Notes under the pieces: model-generated
Seen by the model: the letters and a program-made list of their open reading frames with translations, nothing else
Told to the model about the DNA's origin: nothing
Databases searched by the model: none
Part shown: positions 51,163-64,000 of the stretch, piece by piece
Layout of the letters: every line of letters begins with the position of its first letter
Position numbering within the stretch: the first letter of the stretch is position 1
Program-made: the position numbers and the translations under genes
Assembly: GCA_963693365.1 (NCBI GenBank)
Contig: CAVNZM010000001.1
Coordinates: forward strand, 3,550,907 to 3,614,906
Direction: 5' to 3'
DNA from: Amoebidium appalachense
Lineage: Eukaryota; Protista; Ichthyosporea
DNA length: 64,000 bases

Positions 51163-51732
51163 GTGTGTGTGACTTTGGACTGCCACTTACTTATTAAACA
51201 TGTACACAATCACAAGATAATCACGCAATATAACAAATGGAAAAAGATACCACACGACACTAGACCCGATGAAAGCATACACCTTGAAAAACTAAGCCTT
51301 ATGTCTCGTTTTATATATACTGACCGCCTCAACCATATTGCCAAATATGGCACTCGCAAGTGTATAACACCTAAATACATATTACCTTCCTGTAGAACTG
51401 GTCTTTCTCTAGCTGATGGTATTATTGATCAATTACCACGCTTTTACTGTACACGTGCTATACAGTGGAGATCTAATAAGTATAAGGTGGCATCATTTGC
51501 ATGCCCAAACAACACACACACACACCAGTTTAACCGGTCATGTATCGCCAAATGTAGTTTGATAGACCACATAATACCGCAACACACACACGTCACATTC
51601 ACAACAGACACCCAGAAAGATAGCCTACCTGTAAATTACAACATCCTTGATTTTATACTAAACACGCGTAACTACGACCTGTTTATTAGATGTATTGATT
51701 GGCTTGAGAAACACATCACTACAAAATTATAG
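51163..51732 (+). mobile_element. 5'-truncated non-LTR retrotransposon 3' end (C-terminal ORF fragment), followed by (CA)n
   Basis: AT-rich ORF without an ATG start: YILPSCR..ADGII..RAIQWRSNKY..CP..FNRSCIAKC..NILDFILNTRNYDLF..WL, a Cys/His knuckle-like C-terminus resembling fungal/protist LINEs (recalled). The stop is followed directly by a microsatellite. Confidence 0.7.
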
Positions 51733-51752
51733 CGCACGCGCACACACACACA

Positions 51753-51807
<55 letters not shown>

Positions 51808-51809
<2 letters not shown>

Positions 51810-51841
51810 CCAGCTGATACCGAGTGTCCCGAGGGGAGCCC

Positions 51842-51887
<46 letters not shown>

Positions 51888-52133
51888 AAAAAAAAATAAA
51901 AATAAAAATAAAAAAAAAAAATAAAATAAAAAAAAAACGGGGAACCCCAACTAATTGATTTCTCCTTGTAGTCTTTATGGTGTCTCGTAGAGAAAGTAAA
52001 CCCTGATATATAGTCACCACCCGACATCTATGTACGTGATCATGATATACCGCTGAGGGGATATTCCGAGCAAACCCCCCCCCCCCATACCTGAGACTGG
52101 TTCTCTTTGCCTCGAGTAAACAGCGTAAACCCC
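51808..52133. mobile_element. Dispersed non-coding repeat, copy B (inverted relative to 3933-4192)
   Basis: Reverse complement of copy A with a longer A-tract; preceded by (CA)n at 51741-51808. Confidence 0.85.
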
Positions 52134-52589
52134 TATGTACATGTCACCACGTGTGGTGCAATATGACAGTTCACAAGACTCGGCAATGCGAGTCGCGCGC
52201 GATACTGTTTATGAATGCTGACACCCATATTAGATACGTACACAGCACAGCGCTCCGTTTGAATCACCAGGTTATTGGCCCAGTGGCCCGTTAGTAGAGG
52301 CTGGGAAAACAGCTGAAATGTGCACGCATTATAATCTTCAAGAATAGATAGAACAAGGCACACTCATTAGTTCAAAGTGGGCCGAGCGGGTGTGTACTTG
52401 TTGGGACACGGAAAGGACAGCCCCGACTCGGCGACTCCCGAATTCGAAATTCCCAGAGCTACTACTTTACTAATGTGTATGTAGAGAGGCGGCCTCGGGT
52501 ATAAGAATATGATCAGGTTCTAGTAGAGGGTAAACACATGCACGTGCCGGTGTGGGTACCGGTGTGGATGTGTATGCATGTGTGTGTGT

Positions 52590-52625
<36 letters not shown>

Positions 52626-52900
52626 GCGTAGGGGGATGGCCAGGCGGAGGGGTCGGGGGGGGGGGGGGGGGGGGGGGGGGGATGGCCCATTGGGGGAGGG
52701 CGGGGGGGGGAGGGGCAGACCGCATATAATTAGAAAGCATGCATCATATCTGTATGTATTGTTTAAACGTTAACCACGCACGTGTCCACTGGAAAAATGG
52801 TCACGGTATTGGGCATGATGAATTTGAGGAGGGCGGGGGGAAGGGGGGGGAGCTCAGTAGTATGTCCCAGATAAACCCCCATGGACTACATAGTACTGGT

Positions 52901-52947
<47 letters not shown>

Positions 52948-53054
52948 CTCCTCCGGATCCCTCCTCCACCCGGGCCCGGTCCCCCTCCCCCGCCCCTCTC
53001 AGTGGAGCTCGGGAGGACCCACCCGCTCATGATCAAAGGGTTAGCCCCCTCCCC

Positions 53055-53105
<51 letters not shown>

Positions 53106-53214
53106 ACATTGGCAACCTATTAGCTAACTGCAAAGGTGATGGGTCCCCCCGGCTCTCTCGGGGAGAAGGGAAGTGGGGGGGGGAGGGGCGAGGGGCACTG
53201 TGTTGGGGTAGTGG

Positions 53215-53255
<41 letters not shown>

Positions 53256-53540
53256 CCCCGCCCCGGGGGGATCCTCTTGCGCACTTCTCCCTCGGAGCTC
53301 GAGGCTACCCCTTTCCCCTCCCTCCTTCCCCTCTCCACCCCCACCGGTAACACTCCCCCCCCCCCCCCCTTTCCCCTCGGGTGACGGTGACAACCACCAC
53401 GAACAGATGTCTCTTCCCTTCTAGACTCTGAAGTTAGAGCGCTTCAGATAATGATGGTGGCAGAGTTATCATGCTCAACATGTGTACATCTGTGTGTCTG
53501 CAACTTGTGTGCCATGTATGTGTGTGTGTGTGTATGCATA

Positions 53541-53927
53541 GTCGGTGAAGAGAAAGTCGGGGCCGCAGGGAGGCACTACGGTACACTCAGGGCTGCACCA
53601 ATAGACAACTGGAACCTGACACGCACATGCAGTGCCATGTAATTGCACACATTCTTTCTTGCATCCACACAACCGTAAGGTGATCATGTTTGACTGCATG
53701 TGTGTGTGCCAGTGGCACATGATCCAGTCGGCACTGCAGCTAATCACTGCTGCATGATTGGCTGTTTTGTGTGTCACATCATGCCACATAAGCACATGCA
53801 CAATTTGTGTGGATGCAGAAAGAATTTGCAATGACATTGCACTGCATGTGCGTGCCAGGTTCCAGCTGTCTGCGTGTGTAGCCCTGCGGGTACATTGGTG
53901 CTTGCCTGCGGCGCCGTCTTCACCGAC
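53541..53927. repeat. Diverged long inverted repeat (old foldback/MITE)
   Basis: Arm 53541-53672 (GTCGGTGAAGA..CTGGAACCTGACACGCACATGCAGTGC..TGCATCCACACAA) pairs with 53805-53927; pairing continues inward (GTGGCA/TGCCAC, TGCAGC/GCTGCA). Confidence 0.8.
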
Positions 53928-54867
53928 CGACATGTCTTCCGTGAGATGTATGTGCATGGGTCTGTGCGTGTGTGGTTGTGTCGGTGTTGATGGCTATGTA
54001 TTGCATGCACGCACTAGTTTGCACTGCCACTTAAGGGTGGGGAGGAAGAAGGGGGGGGGGGGGGGGGGGGGGGGGGGGGAGGGGGGGGGACAGAGAGCGA
54101 GGTGGGGGGAACGGGGGAGGCTCCCCCAGCCAGCGGTGGTGAGTCCGGGGAGGGGGGAGGGGGAAGGGGAGAGGCAGGACCCACGGGGAGGTTGGGGGGG
54201 GGGAGGGGGGGGGGGGGTTGATGGGAGAGAGAGAGGACCCACGGGAGGGAGACGGGGGGGGGGGGGGGGGGGGAGGGGGGGAGGGGGGTCGCCCATCATC
54301 CGGAGGCAGGTGTGGAATGCCCCTACCCCCAAGGCCACCCCATTCCCCCCTCCTTCTCCTCCCCCCCCCCCCCCCCCCCCCAATACATACCCCCTCCGCC
54401 CTTTAAACCCAAAAACGCCTTTTCAACTCATGTTGTCAAATGCAAGCTTGCACATGCTGCTACTAAGCTACTATTTTGCCCCCTGATTGCTTCTGCAGAC
54501 CGCCTGAATCGGGTGGACATTTCTTTAATAAAAAACGATAACTGTGTGCAACCTGGTTGACTCATAGTGCTACTATGATATCAAATAAGCTGTGCAGAGT
54601 AGTACCGAAATGTTCTTTTGACCCCTCACCACTCCCACTTCCTTCGTCACCTTGGTGTGTATGTGTGTGTGTGCTTGTGTGTGTGTGTGACGGTGTGTGT
54701 GTATGTGAGTGTGCGTGTGTTGTGTGCGCGCGCACGCATCTGCTCTGCGTTTGTGCTTGTGTGTGCCACTGTGTGTGTGTGTGTGTGTGTGTTTGTATGT
54801 GTGTGCATGTTTGTGTGTGCATGTGTGCGTGTGTGTGTGTGAGTTTTTCAAAGTGCTTGTGTGTGTC

Positions 54868-54904
<37 letters not shown>

Positions 54905-54945
54905 CGCGCGCGTGTTTGCGTGCACTTGTGTGTGTATATGCTCGT

Positions 54946-55031
<86 letters not shown>

Positions 55032-55516
55032 TTTTGGGTGTGTGTGTGCGACACACGTGTGTTTGTGCACGGCCATGTGTGTGTGTGCACTGGTGCCCTG
55101 TGTGCATCATGGCACGTAACTATATGTTCGTCGATATAAGGAAACGTGCGAGATTGAGAAATATGGCGAGGACATTACGTGCTCAGTACGTACCTGGGAG
55201 TACGTACTGGGAGTACGTAGTCGGTGGTTGGCTGGGAGAGGGGAGGGTTGGTGGTAGTGACCATGGTCGCAAGGGTGGTGGTGGTGGTGGTGGTGGGCCC
55301 GGGCGGGGGGGGGGGGGAGGGGGGGGGGGACTGATTATTGCAGGGATTACCGGTGTTGCGCTTGCTATGTAACAATAGCGAGAGTTCCTTTGTGCTATAG
55401 GGTGCTGTGTTAGGCTAATATATTAGAGTTCATTATCGAATCGATTTCTTTTGCTCTGTGAACGTCTCCTCCATATTAATCTCCCGGCCCTCCAACACTA
55501 TTATTTGGAGGGGACT

Positions 55517-55549
<33 letters not shown>

Positions 55550-56433
55550 AGGAAAAAATGAGGCTGCATCGATATTGGGGCCATTTTGAATTATCTCGGA
55601 ACTGCTTCGGGCTAAGTGCATTCCATGCGCACCTGAATCCACATTCCGTCCGGTCCGGGTTGATCGATACTATGGCATATCGATACATGGGCTAGACCAG
55701 TACCTATGAGCCTTGGACAGCTGTGGGGAACCATTGCCAACGTGGTTGTATGTATTTATCTCCTTCAAGTTGACCCATATTAAAATGAATTTAGATGTCG
55801 TATTGTTCACCCATATACACCCACACCAACACAAAGCACCAAAGAAAGAACACCCACCGCGACCGAAAACACACGAAAACCTGAATGACCTCAATACCCG
55901 CACAAAATATGATACTCTGATGAAAGGCACGGGAAAACAGGTGACAGCAGCCACAACCACACTACGGCACACACCAATGTAATACAATGACATTTAACAA
56001 CCCAAAAACCTTACACTGTCAGACCACCTCACCAAGTTAGCCTCCCGTCAAAGAATTTTCTAAATATTTAGGGCACATCCAAAAACCTTACAATCATCAC
56101 CACACCACGTTAGACTCCCCCTCAAAGTTTGGTAAATATTCGGTGCACGATTAGTTGGTAGGTAAGTGGCAAAGGGTCAACAAGATGATAAAACTTTGAT
56201 GTTACAATCAGGCTACTAGGTTAAATTTGAAAGCCCGATGCATCGTTCCACCATGTCTGCGAGACAGGCTTAACCTCTCACGTAGATGTAAAGACAAGTG
56301 CTGAATAGGACGTTCATATTATCTTTAAATGACTCGAAAACATAACAATAATCGTCGAATATATAAGCCTATCGGTGTTCTGTGACTTCCAGTTTTTTCT
56401 CGGATATCCTTCGTTTTTAGAGCGTTCGAGGCT

Positions 56434-56476
<43 letters not shown>

Positions 56477-56639
56477 TTCCCCCCCTCCTTCTCCTTCCCC
56501 ATTCCCCCGCCCCTCCCCCTGTGGCCCTCCTTGGGGCACCACTCCTGATGAAGGACTCGACTGGAGAATGCCGACTGTAAGGGAATGCCATCATAGTCGA
56601 TAAGATTTGGGAGTGACTTGGGACGGGGCGATGCCGTTT

Positions 56640-58330
<1,691 letters not shown>

Positions 58331-59197
58331 CCCGCACGCCGCGTTTGGCGCACACATTGTGTTCGTACACACGCGTCACGTGTGTCAGTGTGCCATTGTG
58401 TCAGTGTGTTACTGTATGTGTCTTGTGTATATATGACCTAATATCGCCTCCCTCATGGGCTTATTCTCAACGACACCTACATCTTATCAAGTACTTCTAG
58501 TTTTGCAACGGTGCAAAAATGTCAGCTGCACGTCAATACGGAGCAATTGAAGTGTACTGATCATGCCATGATGATTCCAGCTGCCCTTAAAAAAACATTG
58601 ATTGAGAATCGTCATAGTGATTAGTGGCCACAGGTAGGTTGTTTCAGAAAACGGTGGCTGCTCCGCACGCTCAAACTAAATCATTGAACAGGTGTACATA
58701 GTTAAGAGCACGTGGTGGATGGTTTGGTCCGGCAGGATTTTATACATAGGTTAACTACCGCAGACATGTGTGACAAGTACTGTACTTGGTGCATTTGCCA
58801 GGTGCACCAGTCTCATATTGTGTATAGCAGCAAACACACACTTTCACTTCGAGTTGAAGCGGCATCCTGGGTGAACTCAAAGAGCTGTGACTTACATATG
58901 GAAGTGTGCCAACGATTTAGATGCTTTGCTAATGCCATAGCATATTTATTTCCTTGGGCATAGATCAGCTGCAGCTATAGGGCCCGTTGCTGCAGAAGTG
59001 CTGCAAAAGGTTGAGAAGTTTCCAAGGAAATTTTTTTTTGGAATCCAACAATCGAGCATCAACTTAACTTAGACCTCAGTCCGTTAGGGAACGGTTCTAA
59101 ATACATATTTATAGCCTACTGGAAAAACATGTATTCCGCATCCTATGTGAACATATATAAGTGCTGCGTTGATTGTTATTCCATGGCACAGCAATAT

Positions 59198-60184
59198 TTA
59201 CAACACAAAAGCCATGGGAGGGAGCTGAACTGTCCTTGAACCGAGGCTCATATGCTTCGAATCCAAATTATGGGAAGCACCACTGATGAAGTTCCTCTGT
59301 ACGTGTGTTTTCTTTTCTTTTCCAAAACACACACCAGCAGCGGTCGACACAATAGAAAGGCGGTGAGACGGCTTAGGCCCGGGGGTGCTGGGGGTGAGTG
59401 AAGGGCACGAAGCGCCTGGGCCGTTGAGGTCCGAGCACTGGGGTGGAACGGTCATGTACTTGGCGTGCTTGTTGTGCTTGACCACACGAGACTTCTCGTT
59501 TTCACGGTTCAGGCGGAGGGTTTGGTTGATAAAAATGTGGCAAGGCAAACCTCTTATGCCGAGCGCCGCCATGAAATACTCGCAGCCAGCGCGCAGTTGT
59601 GCGGCGAGTGGGGCACGGATGGCCATGATGGACACCTTTCCGTGCGCAGCACGTTCCTCGTTGGAGATGCGATAGATTTCCTCATCGCGAAGACCCAGCA
59701 CGCAACGGTCGTTCACCTGAATGATAGTATCGCCTTTGCTATAACCAGCCTTATCGCAAACAGTGCCGGGGTGCACGTCCGAGATGCTGTTTCCGTCGAG
59801 CTCAAGGCCGAAAAGTTGGTCCCCTTCCACCTCCGCAATCTTTGCGATAACTGGGCGCTCGTCGAGTTCGATTGTGACCTCAGTGGCGTTTTTAAGTGTG
59901 GCTTGAAGCTGGTCACGGTTTGTGTTTGAGTCTACGCTAATGCCGTTTACTGTGTTCAACCTATCACCAAACTTACAACCTGCTCTGTATGCGGCCGAGA
60001 GCTTGAGCTCCGCAAACTTGTCAACCCTGATAACGTACAAGTATTTACCGACGGGAGCGAACAGCGCGCCGAAAGGGGCGCGAGCATCCTTACGAATAGT
60101 TACTTCACGGACTTTGGCTGACTTGGAAAGCCAGTCGCTATCAAAGGCGCTGTTGTTTGCCTCTTCAAAGGCAGATTTGGCCAT
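59198..60184 (-). CDS. Syntenin-like tandem-PDZ protein, paralog 2 (328 aa, intronless)
   Basis: Near-identical PDZ tandem to 48321-49502, shorter tail, ends QLPPMAFVL; ATG 60184 lies downstream of a TATA-like box at 60253-60260. Confidence 0.88.
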   Translation of the reverse strand: MAKSAFEEANNSAFDSDWLSKSAKVREVTIRKDARAPFGALFAPVGKYLYVIRVDKFAELKLSAAYRAGCKFGDRLNTVNGISVDSNTNRDQLQATLKNATEVTIELDERPVIAKIAEVEGDQLFGLELDGNSISDVHPGTVCDKAGYSKGDTIIQVNDRCVLGLRDEEIYRISNEERAAHGKVSIMAIRAPLAAQLRAGCEYFMAALGIRGLPCHIFINQTLRLNRENEKSRVVKHNKHAKYMTVPPQCSDLNGPGASCPSLTPSTPGPKPSHRLSIVSTAAGVCFGKEKKTHVQRNFISGASHNLDSKHMSLGSRTVQLPPMAFVL

Positions 60185-61279
60185 TCTGTGTGTTGTGTAT
60201 ACGAGAGTCAGCGAAATGAGACATCTCAAGCCCACGGCTTCAGTCCACTGTCAATATATAGATGGTGCCAGAGCGAAGCAAAAATATTTTGTAACAAAAC
60301 TGAGCTCGGTACGTACGGTGTCGGCGGTACACAGCCTGCAGCATAAGCGGAACGTCGTCACCCATAAATCGACCTCGGGTACACAATAAAAGGGGAGAAA
60401 ACAGTGTTCTAATTAGAATTGCTATGAAAAGTGTTTTTTCCCGTTGCAAAGCCCTATTTCATCAGGCATGCAGCAAAATTCCGAAACAAACTTGCAAGTT
60501 GCGCAAACTATGTAGTCGCTAATGTAGTGCAGCCACAGCGAGTTTTCATTGGATGCGATGTTTCCCGCCATTTTCTTCCGAAGACAGGTGGTCCAATGAT
60601 CAATCGCCTGCAGCTGCAGCCGCGAGGTGCGTCTTGACTGCGGCGTGCAGGGCCTATAAAATTTCTATTAAATTTTTGGCACACTCGAAACTCCAGTTTT
60701 CAGTACCCTTCATACAGTAATCGCCTTACTTTGCGAATACAAAACAAACCTACGTGGCAAATTCATTCATGTGATGGTCATCTAAGAGATAGCTTGGGCT
60801 TACTCCTACGCGGTCACGATCACAGGAATGTAAAGCTTGTGTAGGCCACGTTGTAATTTGTTTGCGAACCCACCTGGGCCAATCACACACATCCGGACAC
60901 ATTCCTGCACATTCCTTTTGGATTCCCGAGTTAAAACTTTTTCTCAGGCTCAGGCTGGCGGACGGCGGACAGTCGGACAGTCAGTTTATCTACAACAGTA
61001 GGAGGCCTGCTACAGACTCAACCGCCTAAGACTGAAGTAAGAGCACTGTGAGAGCTCCCAGCCTCCACGTGGAGTCGTATGATGGGGGAGACCCGCCACC
61101 CGCAGCCCGCTGTAGGGTTGTGTTTCCGGATTGGCCCGAGGGAGCAGCCACTTGTATAGTTGATAGTAGTGCAATGATCCCCGTACAGCCGTATGTGCCA
61201 GCTGTTTATCCATGCGTGACATTATTATTATGTTACCGGGCGGCACAGACATGTTACTGGCAATCAGGCGGCGCATTTT

Positions 61280-61333
<54 letters not shown>

Positions 61334-61346
61334 ACACACGCACATG

Positions 61347-61390
<44 letters not shown>

Positions 61391-61394
61391 GGCC

Positions 61395-61761
61395 CACCAC
61401 CACCATCACCAAACATAGCCGTGGTAGTAGGCACTGGGCCGGTGTGTGGGGGATGGGTGGGTAGCTATAGCCGATGTGTGTTTGCGTGTGCGTGTACGTC
61501 TGAGTGTGTGTGTACACGTGCACGCGCGCGTGTCACAACACGTGTGTTTGCGTTTGTGGTGTGTGCACGTGTACTGCGACAGTGTGGCGTGTGCGTGCGC
61601 GCGCGTGGGAGGGGGTATGCGTATGTGCGTGTCTGTGTATGCCACAGTGTCGGTGTGTGTGCGTGTATGCTTGTCGTGTGGGTGTGTGGATGTGGGTGTG
61701 CATTGTGTACACGCCTGTGTTTCGTGTACGTGTGTACGTGTGTGTGTGTGTGCGCGTGTGC

Positions 61762-61832
<71 letters not shown>

Positions 61833-62304
61833 CGCGTGTGTGTGTGGGTCCGGACGCGTGTGGGGCATTACGGAATGCAACAGTTCTACTTCGACAGACA
61901 TCACTGACGATTGCATACTATTCAACCTCCCCCAACAAAAAAAAAAAAAAAAAAAAAAAGCCGGGGGTACCACCACCACCACCAAACACAGTCGCGGTAC
62001 CGGTGCGTGGGGAATGGGTGGGTGGTTAGTCAATGTGTGCGTGTGCGTGTATGTATGGTGTGGCGTGTGTGTGCGCGTGTGTATGGGTATGCGTGTGAGT
62101 GAGTGTCTGTGTATGTGTGTCGGTGTGTGTGCGTGTATGTTTGTGGTGTGGGTGTGGGTGTGCATTGTTGTGTACACCTCTATGTGTGCGCATGTACCGG
62201 TGTGTGGGGAATGGGTGGGTGGTTAGTCAATGTGTGCGTGTGCGTGTATGTATGGTGTGGCGTGTGTGTGCGCGTGTGTGTGTATGGGTATGCGTGTGAG
62301 TGTC

Positions 62305-62364
<60 letters not shown>

Positions 62365-62800
62365 CGTATATGGGTGTGGGTAGGTGGGTGGCTCCATACG
62401 TGTGTGGGTGTGTGCGTGTGCGGTGTGCGTGCATATATGTTTGCTTGTGCGTGTGTTAGTGTGCGTGTGTGTGCGTGCGTGTGTGCATTTGTCACAGTGC
62501 GTGCATATGTGCGGACTTGTATGTGTGACACTTGTGTGTGTGTGCGTTCGTGTGTGTGTTTGCATGCGTGTATGTCCGTGTGTGGGTGTGTTTGTGCGCG
62601 CGCCCGTGTGTGTGCATGCGTGTGCGTGTGTGCGTGCGTGTTTGTGTTTATTTGTGCATGTGCATGTGTGCGTGCATGTATGTGTGAGTGTGTGTCTGTG
62701 TTTGTGTGTGTGTGAGCGTGTGTGTATGTGTGCATCTGGGCGCGCTCGCGTGCGTGCGCGCACGTGCCGCTGTGGTACGTGTGTGGGGGGACTGAGGAAT
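61395..62800. repeat. Degenerate (GT)-rich minisatellite region with repeated unique spacers
   Basis: CCGGTG(T/C)GTGGGG(A)ATGGGTGGGT recurs at ~61439, ~62000 and ~62197. Confidence 0.8.
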
Positions 62801-63126
62801 TTGTGTGCATTATGTCATTTTAGTATGGGTTAGGTGAGCGCCAAGTAACAAGTTTACTGTTGTGGGATGGGTGGGCCGAGGGGAGAGGGGGTGGGGAGGG
62901 GAGGGCCAGGGGGGGGGGGGGGGGGGGAGGAAGGGGAGGGAGGAGGAGAATGAGGGGGAGAGGCGGGGCCCCCCGGGGGTTAGCATTTTTAAGATGTGCA
63001 TATGAGTCGATTGTTTGAGCGGTGTTTCAAGAGAGAGTGCATTTATATTTCCTTTTTCTTTCGCTTATTTTTTAAATCTTTTGAGAGAAAGTTGTCACTG
63101 AACCGATCATATGTACATTGATAATT

Positions 63127-63159
<33 letters not shown>

Positions 63160-63454
63160 AATCAAAGAAAAAGAAAAAAGGAGCAGAACCCACCCTTGAT
63201 GGAAAACCTGCAAAATGTACCGTGTGATGGAGTAAAATCCCATCAGAGTGACTAGTGGAAAACTAAGAATTTTAAGCCATACACCGGAACACTAACCAAA
63301 TTCTGCACACGTTTACGTTGACCCCATGCACACATGGCCAACCCATACATGTATATAAAAAATCATGAGTAGTGCATGTGTGCACACAGTAACATAAAAT
63401 TAATTGTCGCGCGCACGGGTGCGTGCAAGTGCGTGCCCAAAATCTAAAAATAGC

Positions 63455-63537
63455 TCACAGGCGGGACCGCATGCCACCGGCCACGGTGATGGTCTCCCCA
63501 GTCATGTAGCTGGCGTCATCCGACACAAGGAACGCAA
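63455..63537 (-). CDS. DHRS4: Terminal exon of a DHRS4-like peroxisomal short-chain dehydrogenase (rest of gene not identified, probably beyond the window)
   Basis: cacacag|TT GCG TTC.. gives (V)AFLVSDDASYMTGETITVAGGMRSRL-stop, matching DHRS4 VSFLCSEDASYITGETVVVGGGTPSRL with PTS1 tripeptide SRL. Confidence 0.8.
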
Positions 63538-63548
63538 CTGTGTGTGGT

Positions 63549-63579
<31 letters not shown>

Positions 63580-63610
63580 GGGAGGGGGGGGGGGGGGGGG
63601 GGGGGGGAGG

Positions 63611-63644
<34 letters not shown>

Positions 63645-64000
63645 GTTAAAGTACATGTGTATGAGTACATTTATCATATTGAGAAGCAGGGGACAGGGGG
63701 AAATGGGTGGGGCGTGGGGGGCTGGGTGCAGGGGTGCAGGGGGGGGGGGAGGATAGTAGGTCAGATCAGATATAAGAATCCACCTGTCATAAGGCCGAAG
63801 GGGAGGAGGGGGGGGGGGGGGGGGGGAGGGGGGAGATGATTTTGCGAGAGTCAGAGGAAGAGGGGGAAAATGTGGCTTTGTGTGTTGTTTGTTTGTGTGC
63901 TTGCATTTGTATGTGTGTGCATGTGTTAGAGTGAATACCAAATCATTGGTAAATAAAGGTGTGTATTCATCTGTGTGAGCACATGTGTGTATTTGTGCAT

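Overview
Eukaryotic genomic DNA, very rich in (CA)n/(GA)n microsatellites and poly-G/poly-C runs. Almost all of the supplied ORFs are artefacts of these repeats. The gene set (Max-like bHLH-ZIP, syntenin-like tandem PDZ, TIGAR-like phosphatase) suggests a holozoan, possibly unicellular; this is inference only. I reconstructed three spliced genes by hand, with GT-AG boundaries and consistent phases: a 6-exon TIGAR-like histidine phosphatase (minus, 8095-13557), a 4-exon Max-like bHLH-ZIP (plus, 28173-29952) and a 9-exon SLC37/GlpT-family MFS transporter (minus, 35758-46286). The last exon of a DHRS4-like SDR ending in SRL lies near the right edge. Intronless genes are a secreted protein with three 8-Cys repeats, a secreted mosaic protein (ricin-like, 3 PAN/apple, 3 TSP1, EGF, bacterial-type SdrD-B), a TIP30/HTATIP2-like oxidoreductase and two syntenin-like paralogs. 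The mosaic and TIP30-like genes each carry a +1 homopolymer frameshift, probably an assembly error. Mobile or repeat DNA includes non-LTR retrotransposon fragments paired with a shared ~260-bp element, a highly foldable ~436-bp repeat (one monomer plus a tandem), TTAA-flanked MITEs, mini-hairpins and palindrome arrays. No rRNA, tRNA or CRISPR array was found. All family assignments come from recalled motifs, not database searches.
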